Virus record (IMG/VR): IMGVR_UViG_3300048839_000196
Span: 9,883-73,882 of that record
DNA: 64,000 nucleotides
Direction: 5' to 3' (one strand)
DNA from: a virus
This document shows, piece after piece, positions 11,101 through 19,177 of the stretch; position 1 is the stretch's first letter, and every line of letters begins with the position of its first letter. The notes beneath the pieces are model-generated. The model was not told the DNA's origin. It ran no database searches and worked only from the letters and a program-made list of their open reading frames with translations. The translations under genes were made by a program, and so were the position numbers.

Positions 11101-11468
11101 AGCCCAGCTATGTTTGTGGTCGCCACTGGAGCTACACCCTCCTCTATAAATTGCTTCTCTCTTCCAACTGCTACCGGCGCAGGAACCTCCTGCCCCGCAA
11201 AAGTCCTAGTGCCCAGACCTGAGCCAGCGGTTTCCACTGAGCCAGTCCCAGATTCTTGCACTGATGGATTTTTTTTTTCAACGGTCGTCAGGTGACCACG
11301 AACGAAAACATCTTCCGGATCAGCCGTGAGCTTATTCTCTAGCATAAATCCATGGAGTTTCCTCAATCCGTCTTCTGTGGACACATTATCCCTGAATGAC
11401 TTCTCGTCGATCTCGCCAAGTTTGCCGGTACCCTTGAGGTAGGCGTATAAATTTTTAATTGGGTCCAT
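2151..11468 (-). CDS. Giant polyvalent virion/ejection protein (two zincin HExxH modules, LPD23-like, ART-PolyVal-like, C-terminal LPD38-like)
   Basis: 3105 aa. Motifs: HEGFH; TGWEKGVDGKWRYE; HEVQHAIQYIEGF; FHGT...YFT...GHDGIII...QIK; IPRPYG...PFAEVIVNRDWMGRQI. It is the last gene of the tail operon. Confidence 0.75.
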   Translation of the reverse strand: MDPIKNLYAYLKGTGKLGEIDEKSFRDNVSTEDGLRKLHGFMLENKLTADPEDVFVRGHLTTVEKKNPSVQESGTGSVETAGSGLGTRTFAGQEVPAPVAVGREKQFIEEGVAPVATTNIAGLPGTPSTPSAGVKSNPTLSEFGIKGADQAIEEVRQARNARRQVSPYPGVRVEESSPVVEKMKAEERARPLSEKSVLEQGSAMIGAVGKEAVANALEAPEYIRDVYYALMTDVAMMKEDRRLKRGEITQAQHDEKKETIRRNVERGLDWTPGPAMLKAAEYISDEFGGLDKWADRQRANTKVVRAKLENADETFTSLVSQGRISEGFRKASIEAIGSMPYMMMAMVPGVGTTAVGLSAGKGKYEQLVEEGYDIGAKEALNSVLTGAFEGITEAVSGKIGKEALKMATRYGRDFAVKGVKAAIVNTLGRIAGNTLEEAGSEALAQLAENIVDKATIDKGRNIFEGVLDAAVIGGIAGGGVTSTGAAIGAAPVVGRAAADQMMAGTTPTQEDYQARADIMREEAGRITQGRNAQADAIQEQQEVAQPTGRQYSDEAKMIATQIPVSETDDAEGVKVAYDAHLDKVEAQFGQESPEYRQAVTRGEEVVAFLTEEKAAANDIRESVMRVEYLDEVLADQGITPETRARLEQERRDAETDLIGRMQAKDKGDFGLTDGRTVQNVQAMDMGELNNDPVLSSAYRVADALKGLGVPVLVVDESSRPKLEQTLGKEGADNVLGSRAVYASGGKGKSKIIMLNRGAATSDSALHEGFHVIIEHAATQRPEEVDALVQKIKPHVNQRTPVKLKDGRTITVGEYLDLFVAQYKDRQDVQSEEYLAELGAVVSQGLAEVKDKTALGRIEKAINDFIAAIIGENKLVIRLTTSGDAVALFNTMQKGLQYGDRQAVQQAMQMFGRAAEGRRGVFASTEANVGAVEKEGIDAAKEDKLKVYKQIVGERADLRADILENLEFAKKLAEKSGDEYEKSRRAIWNQTGWEKGVDGKWRYEVPYQDLISKESLPRIARGLDRGNSIGLRAALGTDSEIVRLYNDELIVRSENVIEDRFRVTFQEEDDSSWRGAFRKPPSRTGFGTININPDVYGYAMSMAKNYYLVHKDEAWDKLMSDEKLAKSIDDLNSTFTHEVQHAIQYIEGFESGANSNYYQSILERVGRLESRYLRAFFDAIKYEKELMAAEDKLNQDPDLANKKITIMQYRIFSETFVPITVEYSYIPDMLASFRKRWEDSGMADDYYRKGREEQAKLDGEKSKLTGPLKGILDSFAAYRATAGEVESRAAQQRRKLTDVERKVMPISEFYDIATESIIFLSEVQSAVNQQPEIRQQKLSVEDFEWLGPEGQENFRKWVGDAPIVDGEDVLEIQTGQPVVIQAFHGTTNSFYSFDKANEKGEIGGQFGKVNYFTSDQYDAQANYTTGGPDLEYKIRRDADDLSQSFDMDGLSPEEVIDMFNLTDAQLETFDRNDLESLALAISYNRHNGGEDKVLDLFVKLNNPVRIADDQYIDMMPDVSAYMEDAAQEMADENDITPEEALEDYEFDVRQRALDLSGEELTVVQALQDAIDEWAPRETTTADQILEDRIYEDSISTAALEAAIRRDLPYAEDEEGRLVSSQIVAQTFRNLGHDGIIINASVRFPSMDMQDMTAHIHVFDEFANQIKLADGSNMTFGEGVDIRQQKKIDTTEKLRSEPPVFDLSDFTAKSNKRAETYHQESKQRYEAMFDKHPSSVQTDDLSSLERVGKTFVAFEKGGSVGNVAKVEAALSDNARPLYEMVSRITERISTVKDGKVSREDVMRGALVASLDKDAVPVYDVLGVVGAIDDVFVSTVDGQQMVRVEDAVSLLANTPGGLDSAEAKQLLSLYDNAAENRVEKINSTLDAYAESTQGYNVSKISPKIDTKGRSIPAAVVGLGRVAKDSLLHKVATGYTPKPGVDYKVTPMSSRASIIAQATGQKTPVVESIFNAIWNEIPAQSRDDAFFELAQNEFGFELQAMAIKDGDSGIDIRQQKASPALRAYPEYKAARKYVNDNYDRIPDLEIVRNTARNFGMFESDAKELFEVVSGRGYRAPGSPMAGAVEEANRFWRRMGKLLGDSQVKNKRDFAYSFDFRFGNFLAPLRKFQRDIEKQIGVLLPGTLNAYDAMQLYSSASIYELQAHTLWFWGDNGSKSSKDKSFVGRVTKQLGGVNKFNEFLLALHLPERLLRKLDLLEKYQKDIFSDIERLMASAQQGISSLQTTGIGTAQFWQVANQQASVDPNLARLIAKFNDLQQRIAEMNDAYIKALDRQAEFLSRISGQSFPVIQPGQPLPTNPELNKYMQFYEEFRDKMLTPYLDALMAAGRIDQKRYDHLVKGTSDESTIQWKYYVPMMYSEDAVNHELGITNGERIVNLNGIEGLSKPYDQKTRHKLLNMQAEDVVRPLELAFARLASATRQKHRQDALRRFAELARQHGATDRIRVFSARNVPKMDKYGNIVGAQSLLPKEILENSVPFYEGGKVKYIYFSNPGDQMLAMLRSPDVEGEMSTFMKWYSAILGVMRIGITSLSPTFILNNFLRDIQESSINIRVENDLLQINNTKLKKAWRKRWREAAAQQITPFIASKRVHSDMDRYYAEYLQIGASMGWNFDSSGIFTDIAGKVNERIRDAERVAASGLPRDLATSKNAMIEMMMGLSARFENVSRLAAYASMRDLGVDPIRAAAIAKNITLNFEKKGQFFRGSAGRFISGLYLFLNAGLQSGRKLVKQLSNPAGRRMLALYGMGSTAFRVMLHALYATGDDDEEPKEKGEITMQHGLDRYMNSAFMRQFYLAIPNPFDVDDPVLIPRPYGALRVVGLVADGVVDASLGKRSLLSVTSDVKSAFFTSLDPIGFVSGEITNAVPTLMRPFAEVIVNRDWMGRQILFSREDTRMYAQANKRTLQFYKDLTPSLYAATGLSISPTHMEHIIESYTRTLYPLKFAYGWGKSWDDFNKSADKDKEDKTFTEWMWDQGRINLIAYKPNLSQNERQDMYNFMSMTDVGAKAPLVPPTWTDQEIEYLTRAAKVIRREKLLREQDINSQMVNVALEMQRSGQLDRKASDGKTYRQKIMAIVSSGGRDGFRKKLREAEKGD

Positions 11469-11538
11469 CCGTTATTATTTGAGCGGCAACTCCTGTCACC
11501 ATGAATATCAATAGTAATATGCCAAATAGCGCGATCAC
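11455..11538 (-). CDS. Possible 27-aa hydrophobic mini-ORF
   Basis: GTG start overlaps the upstream TGA; translates to MIALFGILLLIFMVTGVAAQIITDGPN and fills the intergenic gap exactly. Confidence 0.35.
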   Translation of the reverse strand: MIALFGILLLIFMVTGVAAQIITDGPN

Positions 11539-13145
11539 TGAGATCCGGGCGTTTTGTACATGAGTGGGACTGTGGGCCCGGTAACTTTCACTGGCTCTGG
11601 CGCCTTGAATAACTCCGACACATTGCTGGCCTTTTTTTCCGGCTGCGCTTGAGCTGGCTTTGCTGCGCCACCTTTCGTTCTAATTGGGTAAGAGAAGGTG
11701 GACATTCCATAGCCAGTGATGATTTGATTATACGAACTCCTTGAGTTTGCGTCACGAAGAGCGCCATCGAACAAAGATGGCGAGAATGGCAAGAACTCTG
11801 GGCGATTAGACACCGTTACTGTTTCAGAGTAAGAGTCGCCCTCAGTACCATCAACGCCTATCGAACGCTTTACATCCTTGGCGTAGGCTTCCATCCAAGC
11901 GTTCCCTTCTTGATCCACAAGCATCCTTCCGAACCGATAGGTCGGAGTTTCAATCCCTTGAGGAATGAGGCTTGACTGGCCGAGAAGTTTTGCTCCTGAA
12001 GCCGGTATAACTATGCGCTCGCCGTACTTCTCTGGCCGTTCTCCGGGCTTCAGCGGTTGGCCGGTTTCTTTATTAATTACCTTGCCTTCGTGATTCCGCA
12101 CATACTGCGCCTCATTGAAGCGGATATTTGCGAGATCCCATGCGCCGCGCTTCTCTTCGATAGTCTTGGCCGCGACGATTGCATTCGTAGCAAGTATCAG
12201 CGCATCCCCCGATGGCTGATCACCACCTCTTGCTGCCATCCTTGCTATGTTGTTCCGCTCGCGCTCAAGAGCTTGTTCAATCGCTGGATTCTTAACAAAG
12301 GTTCTCTTAATATCCCTTGTCACTTTGGCGCTGGTGTACGGAGCAAGAACTCTTGGAAGCTCAGCCAAACGATTGTCCTCGGTGAGTTCTACACCTCTGT
12401 CAGATAGGCGCCTATCGACAATGGCCTGTACGCGCTTGTCTGAAAGTAGTGCATCTGCGATGCCGCTATCCACAAGACCTTGTGGATCTTTGATCTTCAC
12501 TGTGCCGGTGGAAGTATCATACTCCATGACATTCGAGAACTCCATCTTGAAGGTCTCCTCGTCCATGCCAAAGTAGTGACGTGCGGCTGCGCCCTGTGCT
12601 GGCGTCAGGTTGCCCGGGGTGGTGATCTCACTGACCACTTTGCCGATCTGATCTAGCCGGTTCTTCATTACAATATCCTCATTGAGGGCGCCGGGTGTTT
12701 TGAGTAGCACGTCCTCTGCGTCCATGCCATTCATTATGTTTTTCTCCAGCTCGTCAAGCGTCCCTTCTTTAACATACTGCGCACGGATAGCCGCTAGCGC
12801 TGTTGGTGTATTCACCTCATTGTCAGCCTTATATACTGCTGCACTCTGTTCAATGAAGTCCTTGAACTGCTCTGAGTAGCCATACACTTTGGCGTACTCA
12901 GCCGCAGCCGCAGATACCTTTTGCTGATCCACGTCAAGGCTATCCCCGATCGCTTTGATCTGATCGGTCAGTAGCTTTGATGCCTGCTCAGCATACGGGC
13001 CATAGATCTGCTTAGCATCCATGATGCCTTGCAGTTTTTCCGTAGCTACGTCCTTGCGCTGACGTTGCCGCTTGGCTACATCTGCAAAGATTTCACTAAA
13101 GGACGGGTCTTGCCCGGAGAAATATGATCTGATTCCTGATCTCAT
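11535..13145 (-). CDS. Putative internal virion (cargo/ejection) protein
   Basis: 536 aa, helical N-terminus, located between the small Gly/Ala-rich ejection protein and the giant protein. Confidence 0.55.
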   Translation of the reverse strand: MRSGIRSYFSGQDPSFSEIFADVAKRQRQRKDVATEKLQGIMDAKQIYGPYAEQASKLLTDQIKAIGDSLDVDQQKVSAAAAEYAKVYGYSEQFKDFIEQSAAVYKADNEVNTPTALAAIRAQYVKEGTLDELEKNIMNGMDAEDVLLKTPGALNEDIVMKNRLDQIGKVVSEITTPGNLTPAQGAAARHYFGMDEETFKMEFSNVMEYDTSTGTVKIKDPQGLVDSGIADALLSDKRVQAIVDRRLSDRGVELTEDNRLAELPRVLAPYTSAKVTRDIKRTFVKNPAIEQALERERNNIARMAARGGDQPSGDALILATNAIVAAKTIEEKRGAWDLANIRFNEAQYVRNHEGKVINKETGQPLKPGERPEKYGERIVIPASGAKLLGQSSLIPQGIETPTYRFGRMLVDQEGNAWMEAYAKDVKRSIGVDGTEGDSYSETVTVSNRPEFLPFSPSLFDGALRDANSRSSYNQIITGYGMSTFSYPIRTKGGAAKPAQAQPEKKASNVSELFKAPEPVKVTGPTVPLMYKTPGSQ

Positions 13146-13146
13146 A

Positions 13147-13857
13147 TTAAATATATGGACTATTCGTAGGGAATGGAGCGTGCATTCCAGTGAATTTTGG
13201 CGCCCTCTTATTATTCATAAACAATCCCATCAGCGTTGACACCACCTTGTTATCCGCCTCAGCGGAGTACAGGTTCCCAAAGGTCGATCCAAGCGAGCGC
13301 AAGCCTCCGTAAACATTTGCCCCGCCCATGCCCATCATCTCAAGGCCAAGCGAAGAGCGCTGTTCGAAAGGCTGCATCTCGTTTATATCAAATGCCTTCT
13401 GCCGTTCACCGATCATTACACGCTGCGCTCCTTCAAGTCCGGACAAGCGCTCCTGATATGCGGCATCCTCCTGCATAGCTGTCTGACGAAGTGCCCGGTT
13501 TGTTTCAGCTTGGGTCGTTCCAATGGCGCCAAGTAGTGCAGCACTGCCGGGGGCAGCTTGCCGGGCGTTGTAGATAGTCCCTGCCTGATTGGCAAAGATA
13601 TCATTCTCCAGATCACGGAAAGCACCGGGCGTTGCGTTGAGCGTAGCTTGCCGCATACCCATCATCTGTCTAGCTTCCGGGGCGATGTCATACGTTGGTC
13701 GATTAGCGAACGAATCCTCAAACATCTTGCGACCACGGCGGCGATCGGCAATACCCTGAAAGATTCCATAAAGAGACGATCCTATATCGAACGCAGCCCC
13801 AATTCCACCGAGTGCTGCCATAGTTCCCATTTGAGTAGGTCCAGTAGGTCCAGCCAT
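13147..13857 (-). CDS. Putative ejection (DNA pilot/cargo) protein
   Basis: Gly/Ala-rich hydrophobic N-terminus followed by coiled coil, directly after the muzzle gene, the usual podovirus position. Confidence 0.6.
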   Translation of the reverse strand: MAGPTGPTQMGTMAALGGIGAAFDIGSSLYGIFQGIADRRRGRKMFEDSFANRPTYDIAPEARQMMGMRQATLNATPGAFRDLENDIFANQAGTIYNARQAAPGSAALLGAIGTTQAETNRALRQTAMQEDAAYQERLSGLEGAQRVMIGERQKAFDINEMQPFEQRSSLGLEMMGMGGANVYGGLRSLGSTFGNLYSAEADNKVVSTLMGLFMNNKRAPKFTGMHAPFPTNSPYI

Positions 13858-13893
13858 AGCTTTAAATTTTGCTGTAAATATACAAATATAGTT

Positions 13894-16800
13894 TTAACTT
13901 TGCAACATGGCGTGTCCTCTCGATACGTCATATTGAACAACAACGGTATTCATAGCAAAGTTCTGATCGAACTGTATTGCCAGTGGAAGATAAAGTCCCC
14001 TGACTTGTTCGCCAAAGATCAGAGCTTCTTCGTATGTCGTGTGCCCCGGGGACAATCTGTCCCTAAGAAAGGATGCGTAGAACATACTCTCCATGTGCGC
14101 GTATTCATCGGCCACTAGGTCGGTGCCCTGAATGAATGGCTGATCGCTCTTCAGGTGTGTCCACTCTGGCGCAACAGAAGAGGCTATACCTATACTTTGC
14201 GGTAGCTTCACCTCTATATCTCCGCTTCCAATCGGGAAGGATATGATCGACTTGAATGCCTGACCGTAGTAACTCATGCTACTACTGTCATGAATATAAA
14301 GGTCGGCGCCATTAAATGACAGAACGTACCTACTCACACAGGCCATCCAAGAGGGAATAAAATCCTGCGCTGTTGACCAGCCATTTACCTCCGGGTGATA
14401 GCGCCACACCTGACCGGCAGCAGGCTCATGCGGGTCGATCACCGTGGTGTCGTAGCCAAGTAGGCTATTAACCCCGATCTCATTTGGGATAAACACACAG
14501 TACTCGCTAGTCCTGCCGTCCACCGTGGCGTATAGCCTGTTCGATGAGTCTAGTTCGTACAAATTCTCCGTAAAGAACCGGGCCATGCCGTTCTCGCTGA
14601 TTGGTGTGAGTCCGTTTTGCGAGTACTGTACAACAAGGCCATTGATGCGATCTACGAAATATACCCTGCCTTCATCGACCGCTACGCTTTCCGGGTTCAC
14701 TGTGCCGTAGCTTCCGCGTAGGTTATTAATGGTACCTATGACAGCGCCAGACGTAGCAAGAATGGCTGCTCCTGCATTGTCAACCAGTCTTGTTTCGCCA
14801 AGGTAGATTGAGCTTGTCTCTGTTTCACAGATGGCGAGCATAATTGATCCATACTCTTGTGTCCGGATGGTTAGCTTGAGTGACCTGAGTGGACCAGCGT
14901 TGCTATCTAGGTCCACATAATCCAGCGCATCAAAGCTACTCAGCCCATTTACCTGTGTGTCAGCGAGGCGAACGTTCGAGTAGCAGATACTCCCGGGGCG
15001 AACCGATCTTGACCCATCAAGTATAACAATATTGGGGCGTCCTATGTCTGTGATCCACTGCTTCCAGTGCTGATCCGATGGGTTCATGGTTTCGACAAGA
15101 CCATCTCCGGTAAGTTCGTATGTTCGTTCCTTGATGGTTATGTCGCCAGATAGAACTACAGACGTAGCAGATAGAGATCTTGTTGGCGATCCGGGGTTCG
15201 TTACCGGGTGTACAGAGGCGACCTCATAGAATGTTTCCTCAAGGAATCCCCGCTTAGGTGTGATGATCTCGAACAAATGATTCTTGCCCGCCGAGGTCAA
15301 TGACCCTATATCCTTGCCCTGAATAACAACATACGAACCGACCGTATCAATAATCTCTGCGGTGTATTTCTCGCCTGACTCAAAGTACAGCTTGAGCACA
15401 TCGCCTTCAAGGAAAGAGTAACCCATGCCGAATGAAACAGCAGGAGATATGTTTATGGCAACGCCCTGTACTTTACTGGTGTCGAACGTGTCGGTCAGTA
15501 CAGCCCCGGGCGTGTCGGCGAACTGCCAATTCCCATCCTTGTCTTTGCCAACATACTGAATGTCAGTGCCAAACCCTTGCAGGAATGACTGATGCGTTAG
15601 TGACTTGGTGCGAACGACCTGATAATGTGTTGCCCACTCTGGGATCTGATTTGAAGTGAAGCTCAGTGTCACCGCTATATTCGGCGCTGCTGTTGGGCGC
15701 TGATAATCCCGATCTGGGATCAGGACCACTGCATCTTCTGGCGAATAAACCCCTGAGTTGCGACCAGCGAAGTCGTAGAAGACTACACCCACGCGATACC
15801 GGGCACCTGATTTGAATGCTGCGCCAGAGTCGAATACAGATGGCGTGCCGTCGATACCGTAGACGAGTGCATCCCCGTCTGGAGTACCGCCTGCGTATGT
15901 GCGGTTCACCAAGAATACTTCGACGGTTTGAAACTCCGGTGATATAGTGAGCTGATTCCTCAAGTAAAGCTCAAGTAGTGTGTCATCATCCCCTTCAGCT
16001 AGAGTTAGCACGCGCTTCAGTGGATCGAGTACAATGTTTGCCGGTAGGCTATTGGTAAAAAACCCGTTGTAAGAGATACTGTCTAGTCGGTAATATCCGT
16101 TGATCGAATCATCAAGACTATCTACCCTAATGAATAGCATATTGCTGGTTAGTTCACCAGCGCCAAAGACTGCGTTAGGGTCGCCCGGGTTGAACAGGTT
16201 TACGATGAGTGACGCATATACATACGTTCCCCAGATCGAAGACTCACCTACCTCCCCTGCTTCCGCTTGAGCCGTGATCGTGCCCTGCGTAACCGCCTCG
16301 TAACCGAATACGTTGTTTCCAAGGAAAAGGCGATTTTTCGCTGCTGCCAGAGCGCGAGAAGAGATTGGTACGTTGTCAAATAGTTTTGCTGAATACTCCT
16401 CCGATATTGCAATCCCATTCGTGTCGTTGTAAAAATTGTAGGAAAGCGATTGAACTCCTTGATTGTGTAGGTCTATGGCCTGACTATCTCGATCCTTGCG
16501 CCACTCCTTAATGGTGAAAAACGAACCGGTATTGCCAAGCCTGACATGCAAGCGTATCTTATCTACCTCGTAGTCAATGTTTTGCCTAGAGTCCATGGTC
16601 ACAACGATCGTGTCGAACTCTTCGTCTTCGCTGTTTTGAAGTGCGGCTCTTGAGTATGGAGAGATCACAGAGAACTCATAATCCCTGTACACAAATGAAA
16701 ACGCGAACTGAAAGGCATCGTCGTCTATGAGATTGAGCTCCCGATTGTTGTCCTGCTTTGAAACAAGTGGCGCATAACGTGGGTATGGCCGAATAAGTTC

Positions 16801-17310
16801 TACATCTTCTGCTGTTGGGCTGACATATATAACCGGCACTGATCCGTTTGGCGAAACGTAGGTTGCATTGTATGTACGAAGCCCGCGCTCTACATTTATT
16901 TTCTTTGGAGGCTTGTCATCTTGAACCCAATAGAGGATATCTCCAACCTTATCAACCCCGGTGATCGGTGTGTCGCCAAGCCCAAGGTATGCGCCGGTCG
17001 CAACAATTCGGATGGCCTCGGTGCGCTCATCGAACATCATAATGCGGTGTTCGGTAGATGCGTTGTACAGGAAATAGTACAGGCGACCCAGTTCTTTTTC
17101 TTCATAGGCGCCAACAACCACTGATCCGGCAAGCTGTATGCGCTCTGTGATCTTCCTATTCCCCGGCGTCGGCTTGACGCTGGTTATACTCCCGTCCTGA
17201 GCGATGACATAGCTGACGTTCTCCGCATTAAGCAGATCGGTTTCCGGGAACACGGAAAGGTCGGCATCACTATTAACCCTGCCGCTGAATATTTTCCTTT
17301 GTGTCTTCAT
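13894..17310 (-). CDS. Tail muzzle / stabilization protein (P22 gp10-like, crAss-like)
   Basis: 1138 aa beta-rich; N-terminal GRVNSD...NAEN, NRLFLGN, GVVFYDFAGR, YGTVNPES...YFVD...GLTPISENGM motifs typical of this family. Confidence 0.75.
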   Translation of the reverse strand: MKTQRKIFSGRVNSDADLSVFPETDLLNAENVSYVIAQDGSITSVKPTPGNRKITERIQLAGSVVVGAYEEKELGRLYYFLYNASTEHRIMMFDERTEAIRIVATGAYLGLGDTPITGVDKVGDILYWVQDDKPPKKINVERGLRTYNATYVSPNGSVPVIYVSPTAEDVELIRPYPRYAPLVSKQDNNRELNLIDDDAFQFAFSFVYRDYEFSVISPYSRAALQNSEDEEFDTIVVTMDSRQNIDYEVDKIRLHVRLGNTGSFFTIKEWRKDRDSQAIDLHNQGVQSLSYNFYNDTNGIAISEEYSAKLFDNVPISSRALAAAKNRLFLGNNVFGYEAVTQGTITAQAEAGEVGESSIWGTYVYASLIVNLFNPGDPNAVFGAGELTSNMLFIRVDSLDDSINGYYRLDSISYNGFFTNSLPANIVLDPLKRVLTLAEGDDDTLLELYLRNQLTISPEFQTVEVFLVNRTYAGGTPDGDALVYGIDGTPSVFDSGAAFKSGARYRVGVVFYDFAGRNSGVYSPEDAVVLIPDRDYQRPTAAPNIAVTLSFTSNQIPEWATHYQVVRTKSLTHQSFLQGFGTDIQYVGKDKDGNWQFADTPGAVLTDTFDTSKVQGVAINISPAVSFGMGYSFLEGDVLKLYFESGEKYTAEIIDTVGSYVVIQGKDIGSLTSAGKNHLFEIITPKRGFLEETFYEVASVHPVTNPGSPTRSLSATSVVLSGDITIKERTYELTGDGLVETMNPSDQHWKQWITDIGRPNIVILDGSRSVRPGSICYSNVRLADTQVNGLSSFDALDYVDLDSNAGPLRSLKLTIRTQEYGSIMLAICETETSSIYLGETRLVDNAGAAILATSGAVIGTINNLRGSYGTVNPESVAVDEGRVYFVDRINGLVVQYSQNGLTPISENGMARFFTENLYELDSSNRLYATVDGRTSEYCVFIPNEIGVNSLLGYDTTVIDPHEPAAGQVWRYHPEVNGWSTAQDFIPSWMACVSRYVLSFNGADLYIHDSSSMSYYGQAFKSIISFPIGSGDIEVKLPQSIGIASSVAPEWTHLKSDQPFIQGTDLVADEYAHMESMFYASFLRDRLSPGHTTYEEALIFGEQVRGLYLPLAIQFDQNFAMNTVVVQYDVSRGHAMLQS

Positions 17311-18047
17311 CCCTTGATGGACATTTTAATGTTGTCGCGCTCGATGTTCAACAAATCTTCTTTTGTTAGTGCGTAGTTAGCTGCCCGCATCTTGCGCTCA
17401 GCGTTGCGGTAGTCTCGCTGAAGGCGCTCTACTTCTCCGATCCGCTTGCCGGATAGCTTAGCTAGTTGCAAAGAGATGTAGGTTTCCACCGTCTCTTCTG
17501 CATATGCAGGAATGAAAGCTCCTGCGCTTGCGTACTGCGTCTGTCCGATGTACTCCACAACCACGGTCTCGCCAGCAGGAATGTGCTCCCCGATAAGCAT
17601 GGCGTTCCTTTCTGGGATTACTTTAAAAACATCCGTCTTCGTGCCTGTGCCAAGGCCATACAGGCGCCCAAGTTGTTCGCCATACTGAGAGATGTAGGAA
17701 GAGTTATACGGGTCGTATATGCCTGATATGCCGTAGCTATCGAACGGCACCTGATCGTTCGTCCTGATGGACGGACGGCGGCTGTACGATACATTCTGAC
17801 TCATAGGTACAACATAACGCCCGCGCTTGTGTCCGACCTTGATATAGTCGATATAATTGGCTGGCAGTTTAATCTCGCCGTTGTCGTCCACGGTTAGCTC
17901 TGCTGTCATAATAACGCCAGAGTGCAGCAAGTGGATCTCGCGAAGACAGCGGAGTGCCATCTGAAGTACGTTGACATAGTAGTGCATGGTCAATCCATTT
18001 GACGCTAGGGATGAACGCACTATTGAGTCTATGGTTGTTTGGTACAT
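17307..18047 (-). CDS. Tail ring/tube protein (crAss-like)
   Basis: LPANYIDYIKVG motif, size and synteny. Confidence 0.65.
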   Translation of the reverse strand: MYQTTIDSIVRSSLASNGLTMHYYVNVLQMALRCLREIHLLHSGVIMTAELTVDDNGEIKLPANYIDYIKVGHKRGRYVVPMSQNVSYSRRPSIRTNDQVPFDSYGISGIYDPYNSSYISQYGEQLGRLYGLGTGTKTDVFKVIPERNAMLIGEHIPAGETVVVEYIGQTQYASAGAFIPAYAEETVETYISLQLAKLSGKRIGEVERLQRDYRNAERKMRAANYALTKEDLLNIERDNIKMSIKG

Positions 18048-19177
18048 TATTGAATAGGTTGTTTATCGGTTCGTAAATCCGCTGGCCCATCCGCACTCAG
18101 GATATTTAGCACTGCTTCGATGACTGAGGACTCATAGTCAGCAGGGATGGGCAGCAAGTCGTTCTCTCCGATCTGTTCCGGGTCAACCACTACGAGTCGA
18201 ACACGCACTGTGCTAGGCATGACCGATGCTGGCTTATTAAATACTACGGTCTTGTGCCCGTACCACTCATAGGCTATCTGATCTGCCAAGATATCTGAAA
18301 GGCCGGTATGTGATACGCCAGACATAACCGACATCTCGTTTGGCTGTACCGGAATGTAAGCAGAAAAGTGATCAGTCGGATGGCCGATGTTCCAGATTCC
18401 CATGCCATGCGGCAAAGAGATCGGCTGAGTGGGCAGTGTGATCTTAGCCCGGCCTCTTGTGTCGGTGATTACTACATCGCAGCGCTGAAGGCTTGAGATA
18501 TTCTCGTAGTAGGTGTTGTTACCTACAAGGATGTTGTTCGTCTCGCCAACTAAAGTAAGCACCTCCTGCTCTAGCGTTAGTGAGTCCTGCCAGAAGTATT
18601 CAAAGCGCAGGAAGTTTTCGCCGACAACTATATCGCTCATGGCTATCAGTGCGAACTTACTTGGCGTTCCGTCTTGGGCGCCAACGAGTTCAATGTATGA
18701 ATTGTCTGTTCCCGCCCGGATGAATGACTCAAGGTTATCTGGAGTCTTGCCTTCGGGGAGTGTGAATCCAGAGATCAGAATGGTGTATTGTGCCTGAGAT
18801 ACTTCGGTTACTGCGATGGTCAATCCCTGACCACCTAATGCCCAATAGTCATCATCTTCCGTGGACCAGCCCTCTCCGTCCTGTATTGCCCAGACTTGGG
18901 ACGAGTACTTAAACTGTCCGAAGTCGTAACACTTTTGGTTGGTGACCCTTCCGCCTGTGTCTGAGGTGACGGCTAATTCATAGGTGGCAATCGCAGATCC
19001 GTTGACATAGCGCTCAACTAGTGGGATGTGGATATTGGTGTACTCCGTCTTGATCATGGCGTTGATTGACTTTATGATCAGGTCGTACACTTCCCGCTCG
19101 TCGATGTTCGCATCATCAGTGTAAGCAGCGCCATATCTCCTAAGCAGAATTTGCTCTGCCATTTGCTTTAGTGTCAT
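18047..19177 (-). CDS. Tail ring protein with apparent internal insertion
   Basis: N-terminal DDANIDERE helix, TLPTQPISLP and C-terminal LPIPADYE...IEAVL. Confidence 0.55.
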   Translation of the reverse strand: MTLKQMAEQILLRRYGAAYTDDANIDEREVYDLIIKSINAMIKTEYTNIHIPLVERYVNGSAIATYELAVTSDTGGRVTNQKCYDFGQFKYSSQVWAIQDGEGWSTEDDDYWALGGQGLTIAVTEVSQAQYTILISGFTLPEGKTPDNLESFIRAGTDNSYIELVGAQDGTPSKFALIAMSDIVVGENFLRFEYFWQDSLTLEQEVLTLVGETNNILVGNNTYYENISSLQRCDVVITDTRGRAKITLPTQPISLPHGMGIWNIGHPTDHFSAYIPVQPNEMSVMSGVSHTGLSDILADQIAYEWYGHKTVVFNKPASVMPSTVRVRLVVVDPEQIGENDLLPIPADYESSVIEAVLNILSADGPADLRTDKQPIQ

